Program-made: the position numbers and the translations under genes | Notes under the pieces: model-generated | The model's input: the letters and a program-made list of their open reading frames with translations, nothing else | Database searches by the model: none | What the model was told of the DNA's origin: nothing | From: Victivallales bacterium | Lineage (GTDB): Bacteria; Verrucomicrobiota; Lentisphaeria; Victivallales; UBA1829 | Direction of reading: 5' to 3' | Length of the DNA: 64,000 bases | NCBI GenBank assembly: GCA_045639325.1 | Contig: JAZUCU010000019.1 | Span: forward strand, 1-64,000 | In this document: piece by piece, positions 27,351 to 35,190 of the stretch | Layout: every line of letters begins with the position of its first letter | Position numbering within the stretch: the first letter of the stretch is position 1

Positions 27351-28319
27351 ATGAAAATTTTTATCACTGGCGGAGCCGGCTTTATCGGCTCATGGCTCTC
27401 TGAGTCTCTCATACGTTCCGGATATCAAGTCACGGCTATGGATGACCTTTCCACAGGCTCCCTCGACAACTTGAAAAACATTATCAATCATCCGAATTAT
27501 AAATTCATTCAGAACGATATTCTCACTTCTCCCGTTCTGGAAGAAGAAATCCGGAATGCAGATTGCACCATCCATCTGGCAGCCGCAGTCGGTGTCGAAC
27601 TGGTCGTAAAAGACCCGGTCCGCACCATTATGACCAACGTCCAGGGCACAGAACGGGTATTGAAAGCCGCATCCGATTACTCAAAACGCTGCATTATCGC
27701 ATCCACAAGCGAAGTTTACGGCAAATCTACAAAGGATACGTTCTCCGAAGGCGACGACCTGCTGATTGGTCCATCCACCCATTCCCGCTGGTCTTATGCC
27801 TGCAGTAAACTCCTTGACGAATTCATGTTGATGGCCTATCACCGCAACAAAGATCTGCCCGGAACCGTTGTCCGTTTCTTCAATACTGTCGGCCCCCGCC
27901 AGACCGGAAGATACGGCATGGTCATCCCCCGTTTCGTTGCCGCTGCGATGAAAGGCGAAGACTTGCGCGTTTACGGAACCGGCGAACAGACACGCTGCTT
28001 CTGCCACGTGAACGATACCGTCCGGGCATTGGAAAAACTGATTCCGGATACCGCATCCGCCGGCAATATTTACAACATCGGCAGCACCAGAAGCATCACG
28101 ATCATGGAACTGGCGAAGTTGATTATTGAACGTACGAACAGCACATCAAAAATCGCCGTGATTCCTTATTCCGAAGCCTACGAAAAAGGTTTTGAAGATA
28201 TGCTCCATCGTGCACCGGATTGCTCAAAAATGCTCAATTCACACGGCTGGAAAGCGGAAATCTCCCTCGAACAAATCATTGATGACGTCGCGGAATATTA
28301 CCGCAATAACGGATTTTAA
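27351..28319 (+). CDS. NAD-dependent epimerase/dehydratase (extended SDR, UDP-sugar type)
   Basis: GGAGFIGS Rossmann motif, STSEVYG, and YACSK (YxxxK) catalytic motif. Confidence 0.85.
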   Translation: MKIFITGGAGFIGSWLSESLIRSGYQVTAMDDLSTGSLDNLKNIINHPNYKFIQNDILTSPVLEEEIRNADCTIHLAAAVGVELVVKDPVRTIMTNVQGTERVLKAASDYSKRCIIASTSEVYGKSTKDTFSEGDDLLIGPSTHSRWSYACSKLLDEFMLMAYHRNKDLPGTVVRFFNTVGPRQTGRYGMVIPRFVAAAMKGEDLRVYGTGEQTRCFCHVNDTVRALEKLIPDTASAGNIYNIGSTRSITIMELAKLIIERTNSTSKIAVIPYSEAYEKGFEDMLHRAPDCSKMLNSHGWKAEISLEQIIDDVAEYYRNNGF

Positions 28320-28349
28320 TTTCTTCATTCACAAAAAGGTCATGCAATT

Positions 28350-28907
28350 ATGAAAATGTTTAAGATTGTTCTTCTCTTTGCCGCTCTCTTTATCTCGTCT
28401 TCCGCTCTCCATGCGCAGTGGACGGATAAGTTGACTCTCTACCTGCCCAACCGCATTATGGATGTGATGGACACCTTCACAATCAACGTTGGCGGCGGCC
28501 CCACACTCCACGCAGAATTGTTCGCTACAAGAGCTTGCGAAGTCGGCGGCGGACTCAATTACACTTTCCAGTTGATCAAAGACCACAACCGTCAGTACGG
28601 ATGGGCCGCACAGAATGGTTATGCAGCCTATTTCCCCTTCTTTGCCAAGGAAGACCTGGAACGCAGACCCGCGTCTTATTTCGTCAAGGAATACTGGCAG
28701 ACTGCGCAGGGCGTCCCCTCCCCCAATGACCCGATTTATGATTCCCGCAATGGCGCACGGGACTTCTGGGAAATGGGTATGGCACTCGGTTTTGGTGTGA
28801 TTGACCTGAAAGTCAGTGTGCATCCTGTGGAATTGCTGGATGCCGTGCTCGGATTCTTCTTTATTGATATCCGCAACGATGATATGACATTTGAAAACTT
28901 CCGCTGA
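28350..28907 (+). CDS. hypothetical secreted protein (185 aa)
   Basis: Signal peptide MKMFKIVLLFAALFISSSALHA. Last gene before a strong terminator. Confidence 0.55.
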   Translation: MKMFKIVLLFAALFISSSALHAQWTDKLTLYLPNRIMDVMDTFTINVGGGPTLHAELFATRACEVGGGLNYTFQLIKDHNRQYGWAAQNGYAAYFPFFAKEDLERRPASYFVKEYWQTAQGVPSPNDPIYDSRNGARDFWEMGMALGFGVIDLKVSVHPVELLDAVLGFFFIDIRNDDMTFENFR

Positions 28908-28934
28908 TCATAAAGCGAAGTTGAAGATTTTCCT

Positions 28935-28972
28935 CACCCGCAGTTGTTCTTGCCGCTGCGGGTGATTTTTTT
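28935..28972 (+). terminator. intrinsic terminator ending the yebC...185-aa operon
   Basis: 9-bp GC-rich stem CACCCGCAG/CTGCGGGTG, 12-nt loop, then ATTTTTTT. Confidence 0.7.
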
Positions 28973-28985
28973 AAGGGGGAGTGGA

Positions 28986-30167
28986 TCAAAGTTCCAGAAG
29001 ATAACATGCGCGGTGTTTGCCGTCATGAATGGAGTCTACGGTGATATAACGTCCGTCACGACTCCAGCGCGGGTGAAGGTCACAACGGGTATCAACCACC
29101 CACGGCTTTTCCGGATTATGATTGAAATGTCCGATCCATTCCATTTCCCCGCTTGCGACATCGATCAACGCCAGATGCTGCACACCTTCGCCGTCCGGAT
29201 AGCTGTCCGCAAGCAATTTTGTGCCGTCGGGGGAGAATACCATGTGTGCCATGCCTCCGTGACTGTCTGCGACTTTTTTCGCACGGAACGGATATTCATT
29301 CTCATTATACACAATGGCATGATGCCCTGTCCCGTCCCAATCCGCATCCACGAGAATTTCGTTGGTAGTACGCCCCCAGATCTGGTGAGAAATCTGACGT
29401 CCCCAGAAAGGTTCCGGCAGAGTACAACGCAAATCACTGCCGGTCAAATCGCAAGTATACATAAAAGTCTGCCAGCCGGGAACTTTGTACTGATCCATGG
29501 TTTGACGGAACAGCCACAACACGCGGGTGGAATCGCAGTTGACAATGGCGTGATTCAGCCAGATGTAACGGATATCCGCCGTATAAGCACAGGGATGCTG
29601 CTTCAACATATCCTCATAACTGGCAAGCAGCCGGGACTTGCCGCTTTCCAGATCAAGAATAAAAATACCGTCTTCCGCCGGGTTGACCGGATGCCGGTGT
29701 TCGCCTACCGGGACATCCGCATAACTGTATCCGCGCCGGGGAATACGCCCGAAATCAAGGCAGACTGCAAATTTACCATTGGGTGCGAGAGCATAAATGG
29801 GCAGATCATAACGTCCGGTTTCCCCTTTTTCCAGGTGAAAAATACGCGCCTGCAACGTCTGCGTTTCCGGGTCATAATCATTATAAAGAATCGAATCTTT
29901 CTGCAGCGGATGGAACAATTCCATACTTCCCTGCTGATGACACCATGCCCGGGTCTCCGTCAACTTGCGGTAATTGCCTTTGGGAGTAACCACGCCGATT
30001 TCTGCAGTTTCTCCGGGGAGCGGCAGACGTTCGCATTGATCCACCTTCATCATGAGATGAAGAGTCTGATCATGATTCCACGGATTACGGTCATAATAAC
30101 CGAAAAAATAATGCCCGTCATCCGGGGTAAGCCGTTTCCAATTATAAATAGAACTGATTTCCTTCAT
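28986..30167 (-). CDS. beta-propeller protein, oligogalacturonide-lyase-like (PL22-like)
   Basis: N-terminal WKRLTPDDGHYFFGYYDRNPW resembles the Ogl pattern (RLTP..H.YF). Repeated propeller-like blades. The opposite-strand 422-aa ORF has shadow-like composition. Confidence 0.5.
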   Translation of the reverse strand: MKEISSIYNWKRLTPDDGHYFFGYYDRNPWNHDQTLHLMMKVDQCERLPLPGETAEIGVVTPKGNYRKLTETRAWCHQQGSMELFHPLQKDSILYNDYDPETQTLQARIFHLEKGETGRYDLPIYALAPNGKFAVCLDFGRIPRRGYSYADVPVGEHRHPVNPAEDGIFILDLESGKSRLLASYEDMLKQHPCAYTADIRYIWLNHAIVNCDSTRVLWLFRQTMDQYKVPGWQTFMYTCDLTGSDLRCTLPEPFWGRQISHQIWGRTTNEILVDADWDGTGHHAIVYNENEYPFRAKKVADSHGGMAHMVFSPDGTKLLADSYPDGEGVQHLALIDVASGEMEWIGHFNHNPEKPWVVDTRCDLHPRWSRDGRYITVDSIHDGKHRACYLLEL

Positions 30168-30222
30168 ACTGATTTAACTCCTGGTCATTCGCTTCAGAAC
30201 AAATCTTATTGAATATTACCAT

Positions 30223-30250
30223 AAATTATCACTGGAGCTGTAAATTGCAA
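30223..30250 (-). promoter_or_regulatory. putative promoter of PL22-like gene
   Basis: Minus strand TTGCAA-N16-TAATTT. Confidence 0.35.
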
Positions 30251-30326
30251 ATAGATTTCGCAAAAGATTCGATTATTTATGATTCAGAAGGAAGTGAGAG
30301 GGTATCCGGAGAAAAGACAAAAAAAA

Positions 30327-30403
30327 TGGTGCATCCATAGGGATTTGAACCCCAAACCTGCTGATCCGTAGTCAGCTGCTCTATCCAATTGAGCTATAGA
30401 TGC
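30327..30403 (-). tRNA. tRNA-Arg (anticodon ACG), CCA encoded
   Basis: Reverse complement folds by hand into a 77-nt cloverleaf: acceptor GCATCTA/TGGATGC, D arm GCTC-AATTGGATA-GAGC, anticodon arm GCTGA-CTACGGA-TCAGC, T arm TGGGG-TTCAAAT-CCCTA, discriminator A, then CCA. Confidence 0.9.
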
Positions 30404-30437
30404 ACTGTTGAGAACCTTTCGTTCTCGTTATGTCATT

Positions 30438-30465
30438 AATATATCACCTTATTTACAAAATGCAA
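30438..30465 (-). promoter_or_regulatory. putative promoter of tRNA-Arg
   Basis: Minus strand TTGCAT-N16-TATATT, about 35 nt upstream of the mature tRNA 5' end. The leader contains the hairpin GAGAAC-GAAAG-GTTCTC. Confidence 0.45.
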
Positions 30466-30601
30466 GTCAAAAAGTGAAAAAAATTTGATTTTTTTTTCGA
30501 ATTTCCCCTGTTTTTCCCCGTTTAGCCCCATTATGGGGTAAAATCAGCCTCCGTAAAGGGGCAAAGCACAGGATATTTTTGATATTTTCCATATGTCGTT
30601 C

Positions 30602-30629
30602 TTGATTTCATAAAAAGAAAGGATATAGT
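30602..30629 (+). promoter_or_regulatory. putative promoter of SGNH-endoIII-like-GH42 genes
   Basis: TTGATT-N16-TATAGT. Confidence 0.4.
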
Positions 30630-30666
30630 ACAAAAAATCAATAATATAATAAAGAAAGGTCTTATC

Positions 30667-31497
30667 ATGAAAATTCTTACCATCGGCAACAGTTTCACAT
30701 GGAGTCTCAGCGAATTTTTCCCATCCGTCACCGAATCAGCCGGCGATGAATTGACTTTGAAATTTGCAAATCACGGCGGCTGCGAACTGCACCGTCACTG
30801 GGAATACATCACAAACGAAGAACGGGACGGCGTTTACAGCATGTACAACGGTAAGAAAATGCGCGACCTGCTCACCGCAGAACAATGGGATATTGTCACC
30901 ATTCAGCAGGCAAGTCATGCCTCCTGGCGTCCGGAAACATTCGAACCTTTTGCCGGAAACATTATTGATTATGTCCGCAAACATGCTCCCCAAGCCGAAA
31001 TCGTTGTCCAGCAGACCTGGGCTTATCGCGCCGATGATCCCCGCATCAGACCCGATGGGGCATGGGGTATCGACCAGACCGAAATGTACAACCGTTTGAC
31101 CGCCAACTATCGCGATCTGGCAAAAAGATATGGACTGCGCATCATCCCCACCGGTTACGCCGTACAGTTGACAAGACAGAATGAAGAAAAGCCTTTTGTG
31201 GTGTATGATAAAGAAATTCTTAACACCCTGCGCTGGCCCGACCTGCCGTCTCAGGCAGGCGATGTTGTCGGTCGTCTCTGGTGGTGCAAAGACAAGCAGC
31301 AGGGTAACATGTTTATCGGCGCCGACCACATTCACTTGAATCTGCGCGGACAATATCTGCAGGCTTGTGTATGGTATGCGGCACTTTACGGCAAGAAAAC
31401 ATCCGACATTACATTTGTTCCGGAAACCATTTCCGATGCCGATGCAAAATTCTTGCGCGAAATGGCACAGAAAGCAGTGGATGAATTCACGGTCTGA
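30667..31497 (+). CDS. SGNH/GDSL-like hydrolase (DUF4886-like), no signal peptide
   Basis: N-terminal MKILTIGNSFT block (the GDS(L)-type Ser motif) and C-terminal DHIHLN (D-x-x-H). Confidence 0.7.
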   Translation: MKILTIGNSFTWSLSEFFPSVTESAGDELTLKFANHGGCELHRHWEYITNEERDGVYSMYNGKKMRDLLTAEQWDIVTIQQASHASWRPETFEPFAGNIIDYVRKHAPQAEIVVQQTWAYRADDPRIRPDGAWGIDQTEMYNRLTANYRDLAKRYGLRIIPTGYAVQLTRQNEEKPFVVYDKEILNTLRWPDLPSQAGDVVGRLWWCKDKQQGNMFIGADHIHLNLRGQYLQACVWYAALYGKKTSDITFVPETISDADAKFLREMAQKAVDEFTV

Positions 31498-31498
31498 T

Positions 31499-32119
31499 AT
31501 GATTCGGAACCTTTTTGATACTTTATTCCGCATTTATGGCGAACAGCATTGGTGGCCGTGCAAATCCGGCTGCCGATGGGAGATTGTTGCTGGCGCAATT
31601 CTGACACAGAATACCGCGTGGACAAATGTGGAAAAGGCGCTTGCCAATCTGGAAGCAGCAGATATGATGTCGGCGGAAAAATTCCTTACAATACCGGATG
31701 AAGAATTACAGGAGTTGATTCGCCCTGCCGGATTTTTTACCAGAAAAAGCAAAAATCTCAAGTCGAGGGCTGAATTCTTTCTGCAGAACGAACAACGTTT
31801 TCTTGCATCGCAGGATATGTGGTCGTTACGGAAAGAATTGCTGGAACAGAATGGAGTCGGCAGGGAAACGGCGGATTCCATTCTGCTTTACGCCTTCGCC
31901 AAGCCTATATTTGTGATCGATGCCTACACCCGACGGGTGGCGGAGCGTCACCTGGGTTTGGATGGCTCTGTACATTACGATGAATTGCAGAAAACGTTCA
32001 TGGATGCCCTGCCCTCTGACGCTGCATTATATGGCGAATATCACGCATTGATTCTGGCATTGTGTAAAGAATCCTGTAAGAAATCACAATGCGGAGCTGT
32101 TTGTAGCACACAACTTTAA
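31499..32119 (+). CDS. endonuclease III-related HhH-GPD superfamily protein
   Basis: HhH motif GVGRETADSILLYA, catalytic-Asp region VIDAYTRRV, C-terminal Cys cluster CKESCKKSQCGAVC. The ATG lies 1 nt after the upstream stop. Confidence 0.75.
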   Translation: MIRNLFDTLFRIYGEQHWWPCKSGCRWEIVAGAILTQNTAWTNVEKALANLEAADMMSAEKFLTIPDEELQELIRPAGFFTRKSKNLKSRAEFFLQNEQRFLASQDMWSLRKELLEQNGVGRETADSILLYAFAKPIFVIDAYTRRVAERHLGLDGSVHYDELQKTFMDALPSDAALYGEYHALILALCKESCKKSQCGAVCSTQL

Positions 32120-32134
32120 CCGGGAGAAATATTT

Positions 32135-34057
32135 ATGGATTTACATTTTGATGGTTTCGGAGCCGCATTTTATCCGGATCAACATCCCCGTCACACCTGG
32201 AGACCGTATATCGAAAGAATGGCGGAAGCCGGAATCGCCTTTGTCCGTCTTGCCGAATTTGCCTGGGATAAACTGGAACCGCAGGAAGGACAATACGATT
32301 TCACCTGGCTGGATGAAGTTTTATCCATGCTCGCAGAAAAAAATATCCGTGCCATCATGTGTACTCCCGGAGCCACACCGCCCGTCTGGATGTGTGAGAA
32401 ATATGATTTTTACCCCGTGTCGACCGAAGGTCAGGATTCCCGGTTCGGCACCCGCCGTTATGTTTGCCCCAATGCGCCGGATTTTCAGCAGAAAAGCTGG
32501 GCAATCACCAGAGAAATGGGCAGACATTATGCAAAAGATCCCCGGGTCATGGCTTGGCAGATCGATAACGAAATCGGACACCCCTTCTGTTTCTGCGACC
32601 GCTGCAAAGCTCTTTTTCAACAATTCATGAAAAAGAAATTCGGCACCGTTGAAAATATGAACGACACCCTGGGCTTCCACTTCTGGGGTCAGACATTACA
32701 GCGTTTTGATCAATTGCCCATGCCGACACAATTCACTCATTCCTCGCTGTGGCAGAACTATCATCACTTCTATTCAGAAAGCGTGATCCATTGCTTCGGT
32801 ACACAGGCGGACATCCTCCGGGAAGAAGGTGTAGACGTCCCGATCAGCACAAACTCCATGATCACCTGGCATGGATATGATCACGTAAAGATGGCAAAGA
32901 AATTTGACTATTCCACGGGCGATTATTATTTCTACAGCGGCTTGGATATTTTCGGCGGCGATATTTACGGCATTGCATTCGCAAACGCTTATCTGCGCGG
33001 ATTCAAACAGGGGCCCAATCCCAGATACAATGAATTCCGCGGCGGTAAGATTAAAGATTTGACGATTCCCGGTGAAGTCCGGTATCACTCTCTTGCTGCG
33101 ATCGCTCTCGGCGCCGACCATATCGACTATTTCCGCTGGGATATCTGCCCTTCCGGACAGGAACGGAATCACTCCGGCATTGTGCGGACACTGTCTTATC
33201 CGGGACGGAATTTTACGGAAGTGAAAGAGTTGATCAGCGAAGTCGCCCCATGGAAAGAAAAGCTGGATGGCTCCGCATTAGTCCCGGCACAGACGGCTTT
33301 GCTGTATTCTTATGAAACACAATATGATGTTGCGGAATATCATCAGGATTTCCCCGACTTTGCAAAATATGATCTGGGCGGCAATCAGTACCCGGCCGTC
33401 ATTGCAAAACAATTCAAAGCCTTGATGAATATCGGCGAAAATCCGGATATCCTTTTCTGCGATGGCGATTTCTCCCGGTATAAAGTCATCATCTGCCCTT
33501 CCATGTCCCTCGTGACAGAAGCCATGGCGCAGAAGATCCGGGATTACGTGAAAAATGGCGGACTGTTCCTTGTCCTGCCCAATACCGGGATCATGGATGA
33601 AAACGGTCAGACCAGCTTCAGCGGGCTCCCGGGGCCGATTGCGGATGTAACGGGAACCCATTCCGTGGATTATGGAAAAACGCCCCGATTTGCGGATGCA
33701 CTTGCATTCGAATCGGGAAAATACCCGTCGTTCAAAGTTACGGAATGGATGGAGGAATTGATCACCGATGCAGACACCGAAATCGTGGGATATTATACAG
33801 GAATTCCGGGGCTTGATAAGTTACCGGCATTCACCTGTCATCCATACGGTGCGGGCAAAGCCTGGCATCTGGGTTCTTACCCGTCGAACGAGAAAGAACT
33901 GGAAGAATTCTACCGTACGTTCTACGCAGAAAACAAGATTGCGGTCAATGGCTGGACGGATGGAAAAACATTCCGGTTCAAACGGATCAAACCGGACGGA
34001 ACGAGTTTGGAATTCGAGATTACCCCCTCCGAGCGAAGAATTGAGATCAAAGGTTAA
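32135..34057 (+). CDS. GH42 beta-galactosidase
   Basis: GAAFYPDQHP...W, AGIAFVRLAEFAWDKLEPQEGQYDF, WQIDNEIG (acid/base NE). Size 640 aa, no signal peptide. Confidence 0.88.
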   Translation: MDLHFDGFGAAFYPDQHPRHTWRPYIERMAEAGIAFVRLAEFAWDKLEPQEGQYDFTWLDEVLSMLAEKNIRAIMCTPGATPPVWMCEKYDFYPVSTEGQDSRFGTRRYVCPNAPDFQQKSWAITREMGRHYAKDPRVMAWQIDNEIGHPFCFCDRCKALFQQFMKKKFGTVENMNDTLGFHFWGQTLQRFDQLPMPTQFTHSSLWQNYHHFYSESVIHCFGTQADILREEGVDVPISTNSMITWHGYDHVKMAKKFDYSTGDYYFYSGLDIFGGDIYGIAFANAYLRGFKQGPNPRYNEFRGGKIKDLTIPGEVRYHSLAAIALGADHIDYFRWDICPSGQERNHSGIVRTLSYPGRNFTEVKELISEVAPWKEKLDGSALVPAQTALLYSYETQYDVAEYHQDFPDFAKYDLGGNQYPAVIAKQFKALMNIGENPDILFCDGDFSRYKVIICPSMSLVTEAMAQKIRDYVKNGGLFLVLPNTGIMDENGQTSFSGLPGPIADVTGTHSVDYGKTPRFADALAFESGKYPSFKVTEWMEELITDADTEIVGYYTGIPGLDKLPAFTCHPYGAGKAWHLGSYPSNEKELEEFYRTFYAENKIAVNGWTDGKTFRFKRIKPDGTSLEFEITPSERRIEIKG

Positions 34058-34065
34058 ATAAAAAT

Positions 34066-34093
34066 TTGATTTTTGCATCAATCAGGGTATATT
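34066..34093 (+). promoter_or_regulatory. putative promoter of Gfo/Idh/MocA + 906-aa gene pair
   Basis: TTGATT-N16-TATATT. Confidence 0.45.
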
Positions 34094-34144
34094 TACGGAT
34101 AATATAAAATCATATCAAAAAAACACAATATATGAGGTGGAAAA

Positions 34145-35161
34145 ATGAAAAAATTACGTTACGCTATCGTCGGTCTCGGACATGGTATGGAACATGTCGA
34201 TACCATCGTAACCAACCCGAAAACCGAACTCGTCGCATGTTGCGATTTGAACGAAGCGTTTTTCCATAGAGGAAATATTCCCCAGGATATTTTCTTTACG
34301 AAAGATATCCGCGAAATCGCCGCGAGAGAAGATATCGATGCCGTAATCATCGCTCTTCCGACCGAACTCCATAAAGACAGTTCCATCATGATGTTGGAAG
34401 CTGGCAAACATGTTCTCTGCGAAAAACCCCTCGCGCTCACCATGGAAGACTGCCTCGAAATCAAAAAAGCCGTCGATAAAAGCGGTAAAGTTTTCCAGAT
34501 CGGATACGAAGTACGCTACTCCCCCTTCAATCAGAAAATTCTTCAGATTTGCAAGAGCGGCGAAATCGGTACGGTGACAAACGTCTGGTGGAATATGTTC
34601 TGCGAAACACACAACAAAGGATGGCGTCAGGACCGCAAAAAACGCGGCGGAAAAATCTTCGACTGCGCATGTCATTACTACGACATCCTGCAGCAGTGGG
34701 CAGGTGCTCCCGTGAAACGACTCTGCGCATTCGGCAACATGCTGGGCGCAACCGGCCCGACAGCCGATCTGATTCCCGAAACAGCAATCATTGTTTTTGA
34801 ATATGAAAACGGCGTCCGCGGCGTCTTCAACCTCAGCGATAAATGCCCCAATATGCAGAGTTCCACCTGCGGGGTTGCCGGGACGAACGGTAAGATCGAA
34901 GCCGATCCCTATTATCCGGATTTTCTCGGCTCCATGATCGTTCATGCGGACGGTGGCAAGTTCCAGTATAATCTTGACATCAAGAACATCACCCGCTTTG
35001 CTCCGGGCCACCTCGGTTTCCGGGAACAGCATGATGCATTTATTGATTCCATTGTGAACGGCGCGGATGTTTATGTGCCGGTTGATGATGGTATCCGCAT
35101 TACAAAAATTCTGGATGCCATTGATGAATCTCTGGCTACCGGTCAGGTCGTAGAGTTGTAA
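34145..35161 (+). CDS. Gfo/Idh/MocA family NAD(P)-dependent oxidoreductase
   Basis: N-terminal Rossmann LRYAIVGLGHG and the EKPLALT motif. Cytoplasmic (no signal or TAT motif). Confidence 0.88.
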   Translation: MKKLRYAIVGLGHGMEHVDTIVTNPKTELVACCDLNEAFFHRGNIPQDIFFTKDIREIAAREDIDAVIIALPTELHKDSSIMMLEAGKHVLCEKPLALTMEDCLEIKKAVDKSGKVFQIGYEVRYSPFNQKILQICKSGEIGTVTNVWWNMFCETHNKGWRQDRKKRGGKIFDCACHYYDILQQWAGAPVKRLCAFGNMLGATGPTADLIPETAIIVFEYENGVRGVFNLSDKCPNMQSSTCGVAGTNGKIEADPYYPDFLGSMIVHADGGKFQYNLDIKNITRFAPGHLGFREQHDAFIDSIVNGADVYVPVDDGIRITKILDAIDESLATGQVVEL

Positions 35162-35190
35162 TCTCACCACCAAAAAGGAATCCCTGTATA

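Noticed and set aside
28944-30212. 422-aa plus-strand ORF opposite the PL22-like gene, plus similar antisense ORFs at 6192-7298, 9798-10748, 13579-14355, 17826-19235, 20673-21668, 24422-25243, 34154-35293, 40561-41976, 51167-52171, 55497-56699, 58635-59576 and 60478-61071
   Set aside because: All are codon-aligned shadows of genes with clear family motifs on the other strand. None has an RBS, a signal peptide or recognisable motifs.
30327-30403. tRNA-Arg as an integration site marking a genomic island (glycan genes on both sides)
   Set aside because: There is no integrase, recombinase, phage or plasmid gene. I could find no direct repeat of the tRNA 3' end elsewhere in the window. Flanking genes share codon style and promoter architecture with the housekeeping genes.
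30531-30731. 66-aa minus-strand ORF in the tRNA/SGNH intergenic region, and other 60-110-aa ORFs scattered in the track
   Set aside because: It overlaps the SGNH gene start and promoter, has no RBS and is low-complexity and hydrophobic. The other small ORFs lie inside or antisense to confidently called genes.
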